This document shows, in pieces, positions 55,708 to 64,000 of a DNA stretch of 64,000 bases (position 1 is its first letter; every line of letters begins with the position of its first letter). The position numbers were made by a program, and so were the translations under genes. Source of the stretch: an uncultured virus (IMG/VR IMGVR_UViG_3300033075_000203) (lineage: Duplodnaviria; Heunggongvirae; Uroviricota; Caudoviricetes); IMG/VR virus record IMGVR_UViG_3300033075_000203; one strand, 5' to 3'. Below the pieces are notes generated by a model, which had not been told where the DNA came from, did not search any database, and saw only the letters and a list, made by a program, of their open reading frames with translations.

Positions 55708-58690
55708 CCGTATCCTCCACCCACTTCGTTTTGCCGTCGATCTTGATCGGCTTCGACGGGACGAGCCGCCCGTCGCGATAGACCGGCTCGGCGCCCTTTT
55801 GCCAGCGCCGCATCGCGACGGCCGTCGACGTACACGGGATCGACGGCATCCAGCGGCAGAGCGCCTCGACGACGATCTGCCTCTGACGTTCGGCTCGCGC
55901 GGTAAGCGTCGCGTCGTCGGGGTGCTCGACGATCGGCTCGTCGTGCAAGAACATGACGGGCCTCGATCCGTAGAGCACCGATCCGACGGCGCTCGAGTAG
56001 CACTCGTCGGCGAGGTTGAAGAGCGCCTCCTTCATCGCGTCGGCGACGCGGCCTTGGAAGAAGCCGTTGCAGATCGACGTGAACCGAGCCCCGCCGCGGA
56101 CGCGGTTCGACATGAGTTGGCGGATCGTACCTTCACCCGTCGACTCGTCGACCATCTCGGCGCACGCGCGAAAGTAGTCTCGGTTCTCCGGGTACGTCGA
56201 AAACCAGATCTCACGGATCCGTTGTGCCGATCGAAGCTGCTCCTCCGTCGACGTGCCGAACCATCGCGCGTGCTGCGCCTTGCTCATCTGCCCGGCGGCG
56301 TAGGCGACCATCGATCGCGCGCCGAGTCCGCCAGGGAAGCCGAAATTGGGACACTGTCCTACGACGATCGGTACACCTCCGTCACGCACGAGCACAAACG
56401 TCGATGGTACCGATAGGCAGACGACCTCTCCGTTGTAGGTGTACCGAGATATGTTGATGTTCTCGCCGCGTGAGTGTGCATGGTCTTTGACGCTGAGTTC
56501 AAAGCACCTATCGCGAACCATCCTCGATTTTTTCCCTACGGTAGCTGCAAGCGCTTGTAGTACGTCCGCGTTCTGCTCCTGCATCGAGCTATACCCGTAC
56601 GCGGTCGATTTAGGTCCGCTGTAAGAGTCCCAATATCTAGCCTCATTGACGACGAGGAGACGTTTATCGTGAGGTAGATCGAGCCATCGCCAAGGTAAAT
56701 TCTTACCGTCGAGTACGTCCTTGACCCGCTTGCTTAGGTCGCGGTTTAGACAGAAGTTCGTGACTGGTTTCGGGTTGTTCGAGTTGATCCTGTTGCTCGT
56801 CGACTCCTCATACTGTCCCGGGAAGTGTGTGAGAACGGCTCGCATGCGAGCGATCTTTCTCTGTTTTGAAAATCCGAACCGTATGCGTCTACCGCTAAAC
56901 GATCCGTCCGCCTGCGTCGCGACAGCGAGACGTAAAATCTGATCATCAACGAAATACGTGGGCGCATTCTGCAACACCCCGGCCCCTACCCAGGTACGAC
57001 ACTTCGTAAGGGATTCCGGCGTTACAACCTTGGGTAGTCCAGTAGCACCGAAGCCCAACATTCTGTGATCTGGGGTAACGCGCAGATCAATCCCTTCGTT
57101 GCGGAGCCATACCAATTCGTCCGCTTTACGTCGAGTTAGGTTCGTAGGGATCTGCCACACAAGGTCTACGCCGCCTTGTTTCGGTACAGCCGCCATTACT
57201 TCCTGTCCCCAACGCAGATCAGCTATACGTCGCCACCCTTCACGCGTAAGCACCTCGGTGTCCGGGTGAAAGCACTTCGCGAACTGTCGCGCTTCCTTCA
57301 CGTCGGGATCGCCTTCGAGATAGCGCGCCTTTGCCTCGTATGGATCCATGTTGATGATGTTCGCGGCGAGGCGTAGATGCAGATCCGGGCCGCCGCTGCG
57401 GTGCTGCTCGACGAGCGCGTCGGCCATTTTCGACCATCCGACGAGCTCAAGGCAGTTCTGCGCGTGCGAGCGGAGCTCGATCGTATCCGCGTCGGTACTG
57501 ACATAGACCCAGCCCGGGCGCGGCACGAAGCAAGGTCGCACGTCGCCCTTACGCGGCGGGTTCTGGAAGTTCGTCCCGTCGCCGTTCGCGCCGGCCGAGC
57601 AACTCGTGCGGCCCGTTTCGACGAGCTCGTTGTAGCGCGCGCAGACCGGGCGATCGACGCCTGCCTTAACGACCGGCCCCCACTGGCCGAGGTGCTTCTC
57701 GAACGTCATCGCCTCGGCGAGCGCGTGGAGCTGCGGATCGTCTGTTTTCTCGAGTGTCTCCTTGTCTGTCTGAACCTGACCCTCAGGAAAGCGATCGGTC
57801 GGATCCGTACGTGGCACGTCGATCTGTAGCCGCTCGAGCGACTCGACGACGCGTCGGCGGATCTCGGCCATCGTCCGCGTACCGTCGGGCTTTAGGATCG
57901 CCGGCTGCGTCGGATCGGCGCCCCCTTTGCCGCCGCACTTCGAGCAGCCGACGCGCTTGCCTTCGCACGCGTCGCAGACGAGGTGCCCGCGCATGATCTC
58001 GATCTGCTCCTCGCATACGCCGACGAAGCGTTCGACCGCTGCGGCTTCGGCCCGGACGCCCCAGCACGACATCAGGTGGAGCGCCCATGCTGCCTGGGCC
58101 GTCTCGGTGAGGTTCGGTAGATCGCCGCCCCAGTGGTCCCGCATCTCGTCGTGCTGAGCCTTCCAGACGACGAGGTGTTCGACGGCGTCGTTGATCGCGT
58201 AGCGCCTCGCGTCCTCGGGCCACTCGGCGATTGGTACGCCGTCGAGTAGCGCGTAGCGCAGTCGCCAGGTGTCCTCTTTTTCGAGGTGGCGGCCCGTGTA
58301 GAGCTCGACCAGCTCGGCGAGCGTATAGCCGGCCTTCGTCACGTATAGCGTCCCGTCGGCGCGCTTGCGGCGACGAAACTTACGCATGCCGAGGGCGACG
58401 TCGATCACCTTCTGTCGGCTGATGGTGCAATGGATCCGCCCGTCGCGGTACGCGCGAAAGATCAGCGGTAGCAGATCGGGTGAGTCGGCCGCTGCGCAGG
58501 CGAGATCGAACGGCGCGTTGTGGCTCGTCAGATGGTCAGCGTACTTGAGCGCGCTGCGCAAGCGATCGAGCCCCGCGTCGCGTAGCTCGAGCAGCGGCTC
58601 GGCTCCCGGCTCGGCCCACGAGAAGCAGACGATCCGCGGCGCAAGAAGACCGGGCTTAATGAGGTGCGTCTCGGTGTCGAGGGCGATCAT
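55688..58690 (-). CDS. polA: DNA polymerase family A with 3'-5' exonuclease, intein-containing
   Basis: ALDTET, HNAPFD, YAINDA exo motifs; TGRTS, NFQN, DADTIELR, RQFAK|CPNFGFPGG, FLHDE. Confidence 0.9.
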   Translation of the reverse strand: MIALDTETHLIKPGLLAPRIVCFSWAEPGAEPLLELRDAGLDRLRSALKYADHLTSHNAPFDLACAAADSPDLLPLIFRAYRDGRIHCTISRQKVIDVALGMRKFRRRKRADGTLYVTKAGYTLAELVELYTGRHLEKEDTWRLRYALLDGVPIAEWPEDARRYAINDAVEHLVVWKAQHDEMRDHWGGDLPNLTETAQAAWALHLMSCWGVRAEAAAVERFVGVCEEQIEIMRGHLVCDACEGKRVGCSKCGGKGGADPTQPAILKPDGTRTMAEIRRRVVESLERLQIDVPRTDPTDRFPEGQVQTDKETLEKTDDPQLHALAEAMTFEKHLGQWGPVVKAGVDRPVCARYNELVETGRTSCSAGANGDGTNFQNPPRKGDVRPCFVPRPGWVYVSTDADTIELRSHAQNCLELVGWSKMADALVEQHRSGGPDLHLRLAANIINMDPYEAKARYLEGDPDVKEARQFAKCFHPDTEVLTREGWRRIADLRWGQEVMAAVPKQGGVDLVWQIPTNLTRRKADELVWLRNEGIDLRVTPDHRMLGFGATGLPKVVTPESLTKCRTWVGAGVLQNAPTYFVDDQILRLAVATQADGSFSGRRIRFGFSKQRKIARMRAVLTHFPGQYEESTSNRINSNNPKPVTNFCLNRDLSKRVKDVLDGKNLPWRWLDLPHDKRLLVVNEARYWDSYSGPKSTAYGYSSMQEQNADVLQALAATVGKKSRMVRDRCFELSVKDHAHSRGENINISRYTYNGEVVCLSVPSTFVLVRDGGVPIVVGQCPNFGFPGGLGARSMVAYAAGQMSKAQHARWFGTSTEEQLRSAQRIREIWFSTYPENRDYFRACAEMVDESTGEGTIRQLMSNRVRGGARFTSICNGFFQGRVADAMKEALFNLADECYSSAVGSVLYGSRPVMFLHDEPIVEHPDDATLTARAERQRQIVVEALCRWMPSIPCTSTAVAMRRWQKGAEPVYRDGRLVPSKPIKIDGKTKWVEDTDGPAQH
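56354..57274 (-). mobile_element. Intein (307 aa) in PolA motif B, Gln-terminated
   Basis: Starts CFHPDTEVLT, VTPDHRM block B, degenerate LAVATQADGS, ends VVGQ before Cys +1; lower GC. Confidence 0.9.
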
Positions 58691-58704
58691 GTGCCTCCAA
58701 TCAG

Positions 58705-58762
58705 TTGAGCGCGCCGCGGGAACTCGAACCCGCGTAGCTGTAGCTAGGACCACCGCGCGCTT
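58705..58762 (-). ncRNA. tRNA-like mini structure (acceptor-like stem plus T-arm)
   Basis: AGCGCGC...GCGCGCT stem enclosing GCGGG-TTCGAGTT-CCCGC. Confidence 0.35.
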
Positions 58763-58772
58763 TGCTATCTCT

Positions 58773-59234
58773 CTACTCGAGCGACGCCGCGATCTCGGCG
58801 TACTTCTTCTGCTCCTTCTCAGTCAGCGCCTTCCAGACGTGCCGCGTGAACGGGTTGCCCGCCTTCGTCGGCTTGTTGAACGTCGACGTGCGGATCAACG
58901 TCCCCGCGAGCGGCTGCTCCTTACCGACGATCGCGAGCACGCCGGCCTCGTCGACCTCGTCGGGAGCGCAGCCCGTCGCCGCGCAGATGAACCCGTTGAT
59001 GTTGCCCGGCGCGGCGTCCTTGTCCATCGTGACCATCCACGAGCACTCGGCCTTCGGCGGCAGCTTCTCGATGTTCGACTCGACGATCTTGCACTCGACG
59101 ACGAAGAAGTCGATGCCCTTGCGCGTCTTGCCGTGCTTGCACGCCTGGATCTCGACGACGTACTCGCCGTCTGGCTCGAAGTACCGTCCGCCCTCGGTGG
59201 CCCGTGCGTCTGCGACTTTCGCGAAAACTCCCAT
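58773..59234 (-). CDS. putative ssDNA-binding/replication accessory protein
   Basis: OB-like pattern (GEYVVEI, FFVVE, KAGNPFT..W); between helicase and polymerase. Confidence 0.55.
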   Translation of the reverse strand: MGVFAKVADARATEGGRYFEPDGEYVVEIQACKHGKTRKGIDFFVVECKIVESNIEKLPPKAECSWMVTMDKDAAPGNINGFICAATGCAPDEVDEAGVLAIVGKEQPLAGTLIRTSTFNKPTKAGNPFTRHVWKALTEKEQKKYAEIAASLE

Positions 59235-59302
59235 GATGTCACTCCTACTCTTTCTCTTTCCCTACGTTCCCGTCGCGGCTCATTCCGTCGGCGGGGTGCT
59301 GC

Positions 59303-61087
59303 TCAAAAATCGAACCCGATCCACGTCGCCATCAGCAGTTTTTGCCGTGCGCCGTGCGCCTCCTCGACGAAGCGCGCGTCCTCGCGCGACTTCGCGACGG
59401 CGTCGACGAGCGATAGATCGTGCTGATAGAGCTCGACCTCGACCTCGTCGGCCTCCTGCCCGGGGCGGTGCGTACGACCGAGTAGCTGCTCGCACGTCGT
59501 ACCGTTCGCGGGCCACGTCAACACGAGGTTCCGTCGGAAGTGCTGCAAGTTCTTCCCGTCCTTGTGCGCCTCGACCGACGCCGCGCAGACGCGCCCGCGG
59601 AACGTCGTGATCGCGTCGCCTTCTTTCCCCGGGCCGAACACGGGGATCCCGCGGTGCGCGAGCGCGACGCCGAGTTCGACGTGCTCGTACCAGATGATCG
59701 CCGGAGCTTCGTCGACGACCTCACGCGACCAGGCCCAGACGTCGTCGATCAAGAACGACGAGAGCCACACGGCCTCGACGGGCGGGTGAGGCTTCCACCG
59801 ATCGCGGACGGCGCTCCACGCGTCCCACGCGACAAGGTGCTCGTGCGCGAGCTCCCCACGTGCCGCGGCATTCGCGACGAGCAGCGGCGAGTCGAGCCCT
59901 TCGCGCGACTGGTAGCGCAGGACGTGTCGCACGCTCTTGTGCCACTCGGCGCGCGCGTCGAGCCACTCGTGATCTTTCTCGCCGTTCGGCCACGCCCAGC
60001 GGTAGTAGAAGCCACACGCGAGCTGGCGCGCGACGCGCGCGACGTCTTTGGCGTCCTGCAGTTCCTCGTCCTCGATCGTCCACGTCGCGCGGAGTTTGCT
60101 AAGCGCCGTTCGGACGTTCGGTGGGACGAGGATGTCGCGGCGCGAGATCTCGAGGTCGCACTGCGCCGCGCTGTCGCTCGTCGCGACGACGCCCGCCGTC
60201 GACGTCATACGCGCGCGGTAGATCGTCCGCGCGGCCATGCGCGTATCGTCTCCGCACGCGCGGACGACCTCGTAGCCGAAGCTCGGCCCCATCAGCTCGA
60301 GCAGCGCCCCGGGCGCGAAGTCGCCGCCGGCCTCGAGCGCGCGCGACCAGTCGTCGGCGTCGCGGTACGCGATCGGTACGGGCGAGCCGCCGCGTAGGGC
60401 GAGCTCCATTAGGTGCTGATAGTCGCGCGGCGAGTCGTTCGCGATCGTCCCCGAGAGGCCGCAGAAGATCGTCTCGGGGTGCTCCTTCATGTACCGCAGA
60501 AAGCGTTTCGTCCTCGCCGACGACGCGTGTCGAAAGCAGTGCGCCTCGTTCGCGATGATCAAGTCCGGGCGCAACGCCTCGAGCAGCCCGGTACCTTTCG
60601 CCGTCGACAGCTCCGAGTACGACAGCACGCGAAACCGCTCGCGCTGGATGCGGAAGTGTCGCCCATAGCGAGGCAGATCGATCTCGAGCATCTGCGACTT
60701 CAGCCGCGGCTTCGTGATGATGACCGCGCGCTCGGCCCGTAGCGCCTCGGGCAGTAGCAGGCAAGCGAGCTCCTTACCGTGTCCGACGCCGACGGCGGCG
60801 AGCAGTCCTCGCGCGCGCTCGGCCTCCCACAAGATCGCCGACTGAACCGGACGCAGCTTCGCCCCACCGTCGCGGCAGAGCTCGCAGCCGTAGCAGTCCG
60901 GGTACTCTCGCCGAAAGAGCGCCGTCAGATCTTCGACGCGCGCGAAGTCGAGCGAACGAACGGGCAGGCCGAAGATGCGCCTCCACTCGAGCGTTTTCGT
61001 CACGCCTTGCTTCGCGCGCGCGTCGTCGATCGCCGTGCCGCGGCGCAGCTTCTCGCCGGGCGGCAAGAGCTTGTCCGACAGCTTCAC
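59303..61087 (-). CDS. SF2 (SNF2-like) helicase with variant Walker motifs
   Basis: LRPVQ, GVGHGKE, NEAH, LSGT, GKNLQ, EQLLGRTHRPGQ. Confidence 0.8.
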   Translation of the reverse strand: MKLSDKLLPPGEKLRRGTAIDDARAKQGVTKTLEWRRIFGLPVRSLDFARVEDLTALFRREYPDCYGCELCRDGGAKLRPVQSAILWEAERARGLLAAVGVGHGKELACLLLPEALRAERAVIITKPRLKSQMLEIDLPRYGRHFRIQRERFRVLSYSELSTAKGTGLLEALRPDLIIANEAHCFRHASSARTKRFLRYMKEHPETIFCGLSGTIANDSPRDYQHLMELALRGGSPVPIAYRDADDWSRALEAGGDFAPGALLELMGPSFGYEVVRACGDDTRMAARTIYRARMTSTAGVVATSDSAAQCDLEISRRDILVPPNVRTALSKLRATWTIEDEELQDAKDVARVARQLACGFYYRWAWPNGEKDHEWLDARAEWHKSVRHVLRYQSREGLDSPLLVANAAARGELAHEHLVAWDAWSAVRDRWKPHPPVEAVWLSSFLIDDVWAWSREVVDEAPAIIWYEHVELGVALAHRGIPVFGPGKEGDAITTFRGRVCAASVEAHKDGKNLQHFRRNLVLTWPANGTTCEQLLGRTHRPGQEADEVEVELYQHDLSLVDAVAKSREDARFVEEAHGARQKLLMATWIGFDF

Positions 61088-61914
61088 GGCAGGAGGTTCC
61101 CGAGCAGAGCTTCCTCGTCGATCTCGAACCCCGCCGCGTTGCGGTGCCCGCCGCCGCCGAACATCTTAGCGATCTCCGCGACGTCGATCCCGTCCTTCGT
61201 CGAGCGTAGACTCACTCGCGTTTTTCCGTCGGCGGCAGCGTACCAAGTTGCTCCGAACGGACGACCCTGCGCGAGTACTTCGCCGACCTCGGATTGCAGC
61301 ACCGGCGCGTTCGCGAAGAGTATCTTGTGTCCGCTGATGAGTATTTCCCGCGCCGTCTTGGTGATACGCTCGACGAGCTGAGCCTGCGCGCGCAGGATCG
61401 CCGCACCTTCTTTGCTCACCGATCCCCAAGAGTTATTCAGACGTTCCGCGAGCTTCGTCCAACCCAGGAACGCTTGCTGCTCGGCGCCGATGGCGGCGTT
61501 GATCTCCTTGGAGTCGACGAGCTTCCAACGCCAGAGATCGCGATCTTCGACGTAGTCGACGAGACGTGTCGACTCCCACGCGCACCCGAAGTGATCTGCG
61601 GCCAGCTTCGCGCCGCTGCGGTGCATGTCGAAGCGGCAGAAGTCGAGCCCCGCAAGCGTCTCTTGCGCGCTCTTATGGTGATTGAGCACGAGCAGCGATC
61701 GGGCTCGCGCGTGCATCTCGACGAGCACCTCGCGCGGATAGGAGAAGTCGAGCACGTAGACCTCCCGCCCTTCGAGCGACGAGAGCGGCGGCGCGTCGCC
61801 GTACTGCGCCGGAAGGTACTCGGCCTCGTCTCCGAGCTTTTGCCACGCGACCCACGCCGCCGTGAACCCGTCGGGGCAGCCCGGCCCGTGGTAAATGACG
61901 AGCGAGCGGCTCAT
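61084..61914 (-). CDS. DHH/DHHA1 phosphoesterase
   Basis: YHGPGCPDG, VLDFS, NHH, DRDLW, SLRS, GGGGHRNAAGF. Confidence 0.85.
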   Translation of the reverse strand: MSRSLVIYHGPGCPDGFTAAWVAWQKLGDEAEYLPAQYGDAPPLSSLEGREVYVLDFSYPREVLVEMHARARSLLVLNHHKSAQETLAGLDFCRFDMHRSGAKLAADHFGCAWESTRLVDYVEDRDLWRWKLVDSKEINAAIGAEQQAFLGWTKLAERLNNSWGSVSKEGAAILRAQAQLVERITKTAREILISGHKILFANAPVLQSEVGEVLAQGRPFGATWYAAADGKTRVSLRSTKDGIDVAEIAKMFGGGGHRNAAGFEIDEEALLGNLLP

Positions 61915-63629
61915 CGGATCCCCCGCACGACGAGCGCCGCGTGCGGCACGAGCTCCTCGAGCGCGACCTCGGCGCCGCGCTGGCGGGAGTCGATCGCGAG
62001 CGCCTCGGGGCACGTGTCGAGCGCCTCGCGGATCGCGACGGCGAGAACGGCCGCGCTCGTGTAGGAGATCAAGCGCCAGTCCGCGACGCCCTGCGCGCCG
62101 GTCTTGGGATCGATGTACGCCGCCGCCGCCGCTTCGGCGATCGGGGCGAGCCACTCTTCGAGCGGCGTCGCCGTCGCGCCTTTCTGCGGCAAGCAGTCGA
62201 CGAACAGGACCGGCTTGATCGCCGGCACTTTTCGCGCTGCGCGCTGCGGGACGTGCGCGTCGAGCTCGGCCTTGAGCGCCTTGCTCGCCTCGACGATCTT
62301 CGCTTGCGGCGTCTCGACGCGCGCGGGCGGTGGAGGACCATCGGCGCGAGCGGCTTGACGCGCGGCCTCGAGCTCCGCTTCGGTCGACGCCGTCGGCTGC
62401 TCCTTCTTCGGTCGGCCGCGCTTCTTCGCCGTCGCCTCGACCTCGGCGACGTACTCGGGCGTCGACGTTCGCGGCGGTGCGTCCGGTGGTACGACGGCGT
62501 CGGGCGCCGAAACGACGCGGAGCGCGGGCTGCATCGTAAACGGCGACGCTGCCGCGGGCGGCGATTCTGGTTTCGGCGCGGCTGGTGCGGGCGCGGGCGG
62601 CGGCGGTGCGGCGGCGAGTCCGGCGTTGCGCTTGGCGAGTCGTTCGGCGAGGGACAATCCGGTACCGTTTGGTGCGGCCATTTTGGGGAATCCTTTGGTT
62701 AGGTGTTGGGTTGAGATCAGACCCGCGCACGACGCGCGGTGAAAGCATCCGCCGTAATCGCTACAGGCGGCGGTGTTTGGTTCCAGATCGTCCGCCGACG
62801 CGCAGCTCGTCGCTACGCGGACCATCGCGCGAACGTCCTCGACGGCCTCGCCGAAATAGTCCGCGGCGCGCTGGCGCGAGACGAAGATCGGCGGACCGTC
62901 GCCCGGCGTCGCGAGCACGCGCGCCGGCGGCTTGCGGCGGATCACGACGTGGCCGATCGACACCTGCGCGGGCTCGAACTCGCGATAGAGCGCCTCGGCG
63001 TAGCTGAGCATCTGTAGATTGCTTTCGAGCTGCTCGCGCGTCTTGGCGTACTTGAAGTCGCTCGTCGACTTGAGATCGTCGGCCTGGAGCCAATCCGGTC
63101 CGCGCTGATAGACCCAGTCGATGTACCCGAGCCACTGCGGCCCGCCGACGAACGTGTCGATGCGAAACTCGTGCTGGACCATCGCGCGACCGGGCTCGGG
63201 CAGATACGGGATCAACGCCCGGAGGTGCTCGACCCACGGGCCGTCGCTCCGTAACTCCTCGCCGCGCAGGTACGGCTGAACGTAGTTGTCGTCGATGTCC
63301 TGCCCGGCGGCCTGCGCGGCGCTCTGCTCTTCGCGCCGACCTTCGATGTATGAGTAGAACCACTTTCGCGGGCACGTGCGAAACAACTCGACCTGGCTCG
63401 CGCTTGTCTGCTGTAGTACGCGCAGGCGTCGCGAAACGAAGGCGTCCTCGAGCACGGATACAGGTTCCACGAGAGATACTTCTACGGCCTCGGCTGTCGG
63501 TTTGTCAACAAAAATTTTCGTTCTCCTTGCTTCGACGCACGCCGGAAGCGTGCACAAAAACCATCCCGCGTCGTCGGCGCCGTCGCGGTTTTTCTGGTAT
63601 CCCGTGCCGTCGCACGCCGAGCAACTCAT
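61911..63629 (-). CDS. PD-(D/E)XK (RecB/Cas4-like) nuclease with long C-terminal extension
   Basis: SASQ...CPRKW, GYID, DLKS, QMLSY, C..YGGC.HR..C. Confidence 0.8.
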   Translation of the reverse strand: MSCSACDGTGYQKNRDGADDAGWFLCTLPACVEARRTKIFVDKPTAEAVEVSLVEPVSVLEDAFVSRRLRVLQQTSASQVELFRTCPRKWFYSYIEGRREEQSAAQAAGQDIDDNYVQPYLRGEELRSDGPWVEHLRALIPYLPEPGRAMVQHEFRIDTFVGGPQWLGYIDWVYQRGPDWLQADDLKSTSDFKYAKTREQLESNLQMLSYAEALYREFEPAQVSIGHVVIRRKPPARVLATPGDGPPIFVSRQRAADYFGEAVEDVRAMVRVATSCASADDLEPNTAACSDYGGCFHRASCAGLISTQHLTKGFPKMAAPNGTGLSLAERLAKRNAGLAAAPPPPAPAPAAPKPESPPAAASPFTMQPALRVVSAPDAVVPPDAPPRTSTPEYVAEVEATAKKRGRPKKEQPTASTEAELEAARQAARADGPPPPARVETPQAKIVEASKALKAELDAHVPQRAARKVPAIKPVLFVDCLPQKGATATPLEEWLAPIAEAAAAAYIDPKTGAQGVADWRLISYTSAAVLAVAIREALDTCPEALAIDSRQRGAEVALEELVPHAALVVRGIR

Positions 63630-64000
63630 CGCTTCTTCGCCCGGTCGCGGATCAGCGCGAGTCTATCGATTCGTTGCTGTTGCTCCTTCGCGCGCGAGTA
63701 GCGATCGAGTCGACCTTTCGCGAGCGCGCGACTCGCGGAGACGGCGAGCCCGCGCGTCGGAGTGTTCGACGTCGCGCGGATCTTGTCGAGGTGCTTGACG
63801 ACCTTCTGCCGGTACGCGATCCGCGTCCATCGCTCGCGCATGCCCTCGGAGATCTTCTTCCTTACCTCGGGCGCGGCGAGAGCTCGTTTCGTCGCTTCGC
63901 CGACGCGGGCTTTGAACTCGGCCGTCGCTTTGGCCTTACGCTCGGCCTTACGCTCGGCGCAACGCTCGGGCGTCCAATACGCGCGCATCGCCGCGGCGTG
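63626..64000 (-). CDS. basic protein with NUMOD3-like repeats (5' end may lie outside window)
   Basis: PEVRKKISEGMRERW repeats; frame open to window end. Confidence 0.45.
   Translation of the reverse strand, partial: HAAAMRAYWTPERCAERKAERKAKATAEFKARVGEATKRALAAPEVRKKISEGMRERWTRIAYRQKVVKHLDKIRATSNTPTRGLAVSASRALAKGRLDRYSRAKEQQQRIDRLALIRDRAKKR

Noticed and set aside
58705..58762. Functional canonical tRNA gene
   Set aside because: Too short; lacks D-arm and 7-nt anticodon loop; kept only as a tRNA-like element
1..64000. Integrated prophage boundaries or integrase
   Set aside because: No integrase, att-like duplication or host housekeeping genes recognised in the window

Overview
This window is most of a GC-rich, contractile-tailed (myovirus-type) dsDNA phage genome. 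Leftward early, replication and nucleotide-metabolism genes occupy both ends (1-13.2 kb and 53.8-64 kb). They include an intein-containing HD phosphohydrolase, a stand-alone TSCPD domain, an MT-A70 methyltransferase, a primase-SF3 helicase, an intein-containing PolA, a RuvC-like resolvase, an SF2 helicase, a DHH-family phosphoesterase and a PD-(D/E)XK nuclease. A rightward block (13.6-53.8 kb) encodes packaging, head, contractile tail and baseplate, two Thr-rich collagen-like fibres and lysis genes. The most striking element lies between the fibres and lysis genes (41.2-51.6 kb): a glycosylation locus with GT2-TPR-GT4 and GT4-FkbM fusions, a cupin, an NDP-sugar C-methyltransferase, a UXS-like SDR, a cytidylyltransferase and a Gfo/Idh/MocA reductase. 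It is interleaved with a G-X-T collagen gene and suggests phage-encoded O-glycosylation of virion fibres with methylated or branched sugars. Also visible are a recurring leaderless-type promoter geometry (-10 hexamer, 6 nt, ATG), duplicated ~75-bp early promoter cassettes, 35-bp repeats at the terminase start, a -1 frameshift in the tail chaperone and a tRNA-like mini-element. No integrase, CRISPR array or rRNA was seen. A myxobacterial host is a guess only. All family calls come from motif recognition by eye, not database searches.
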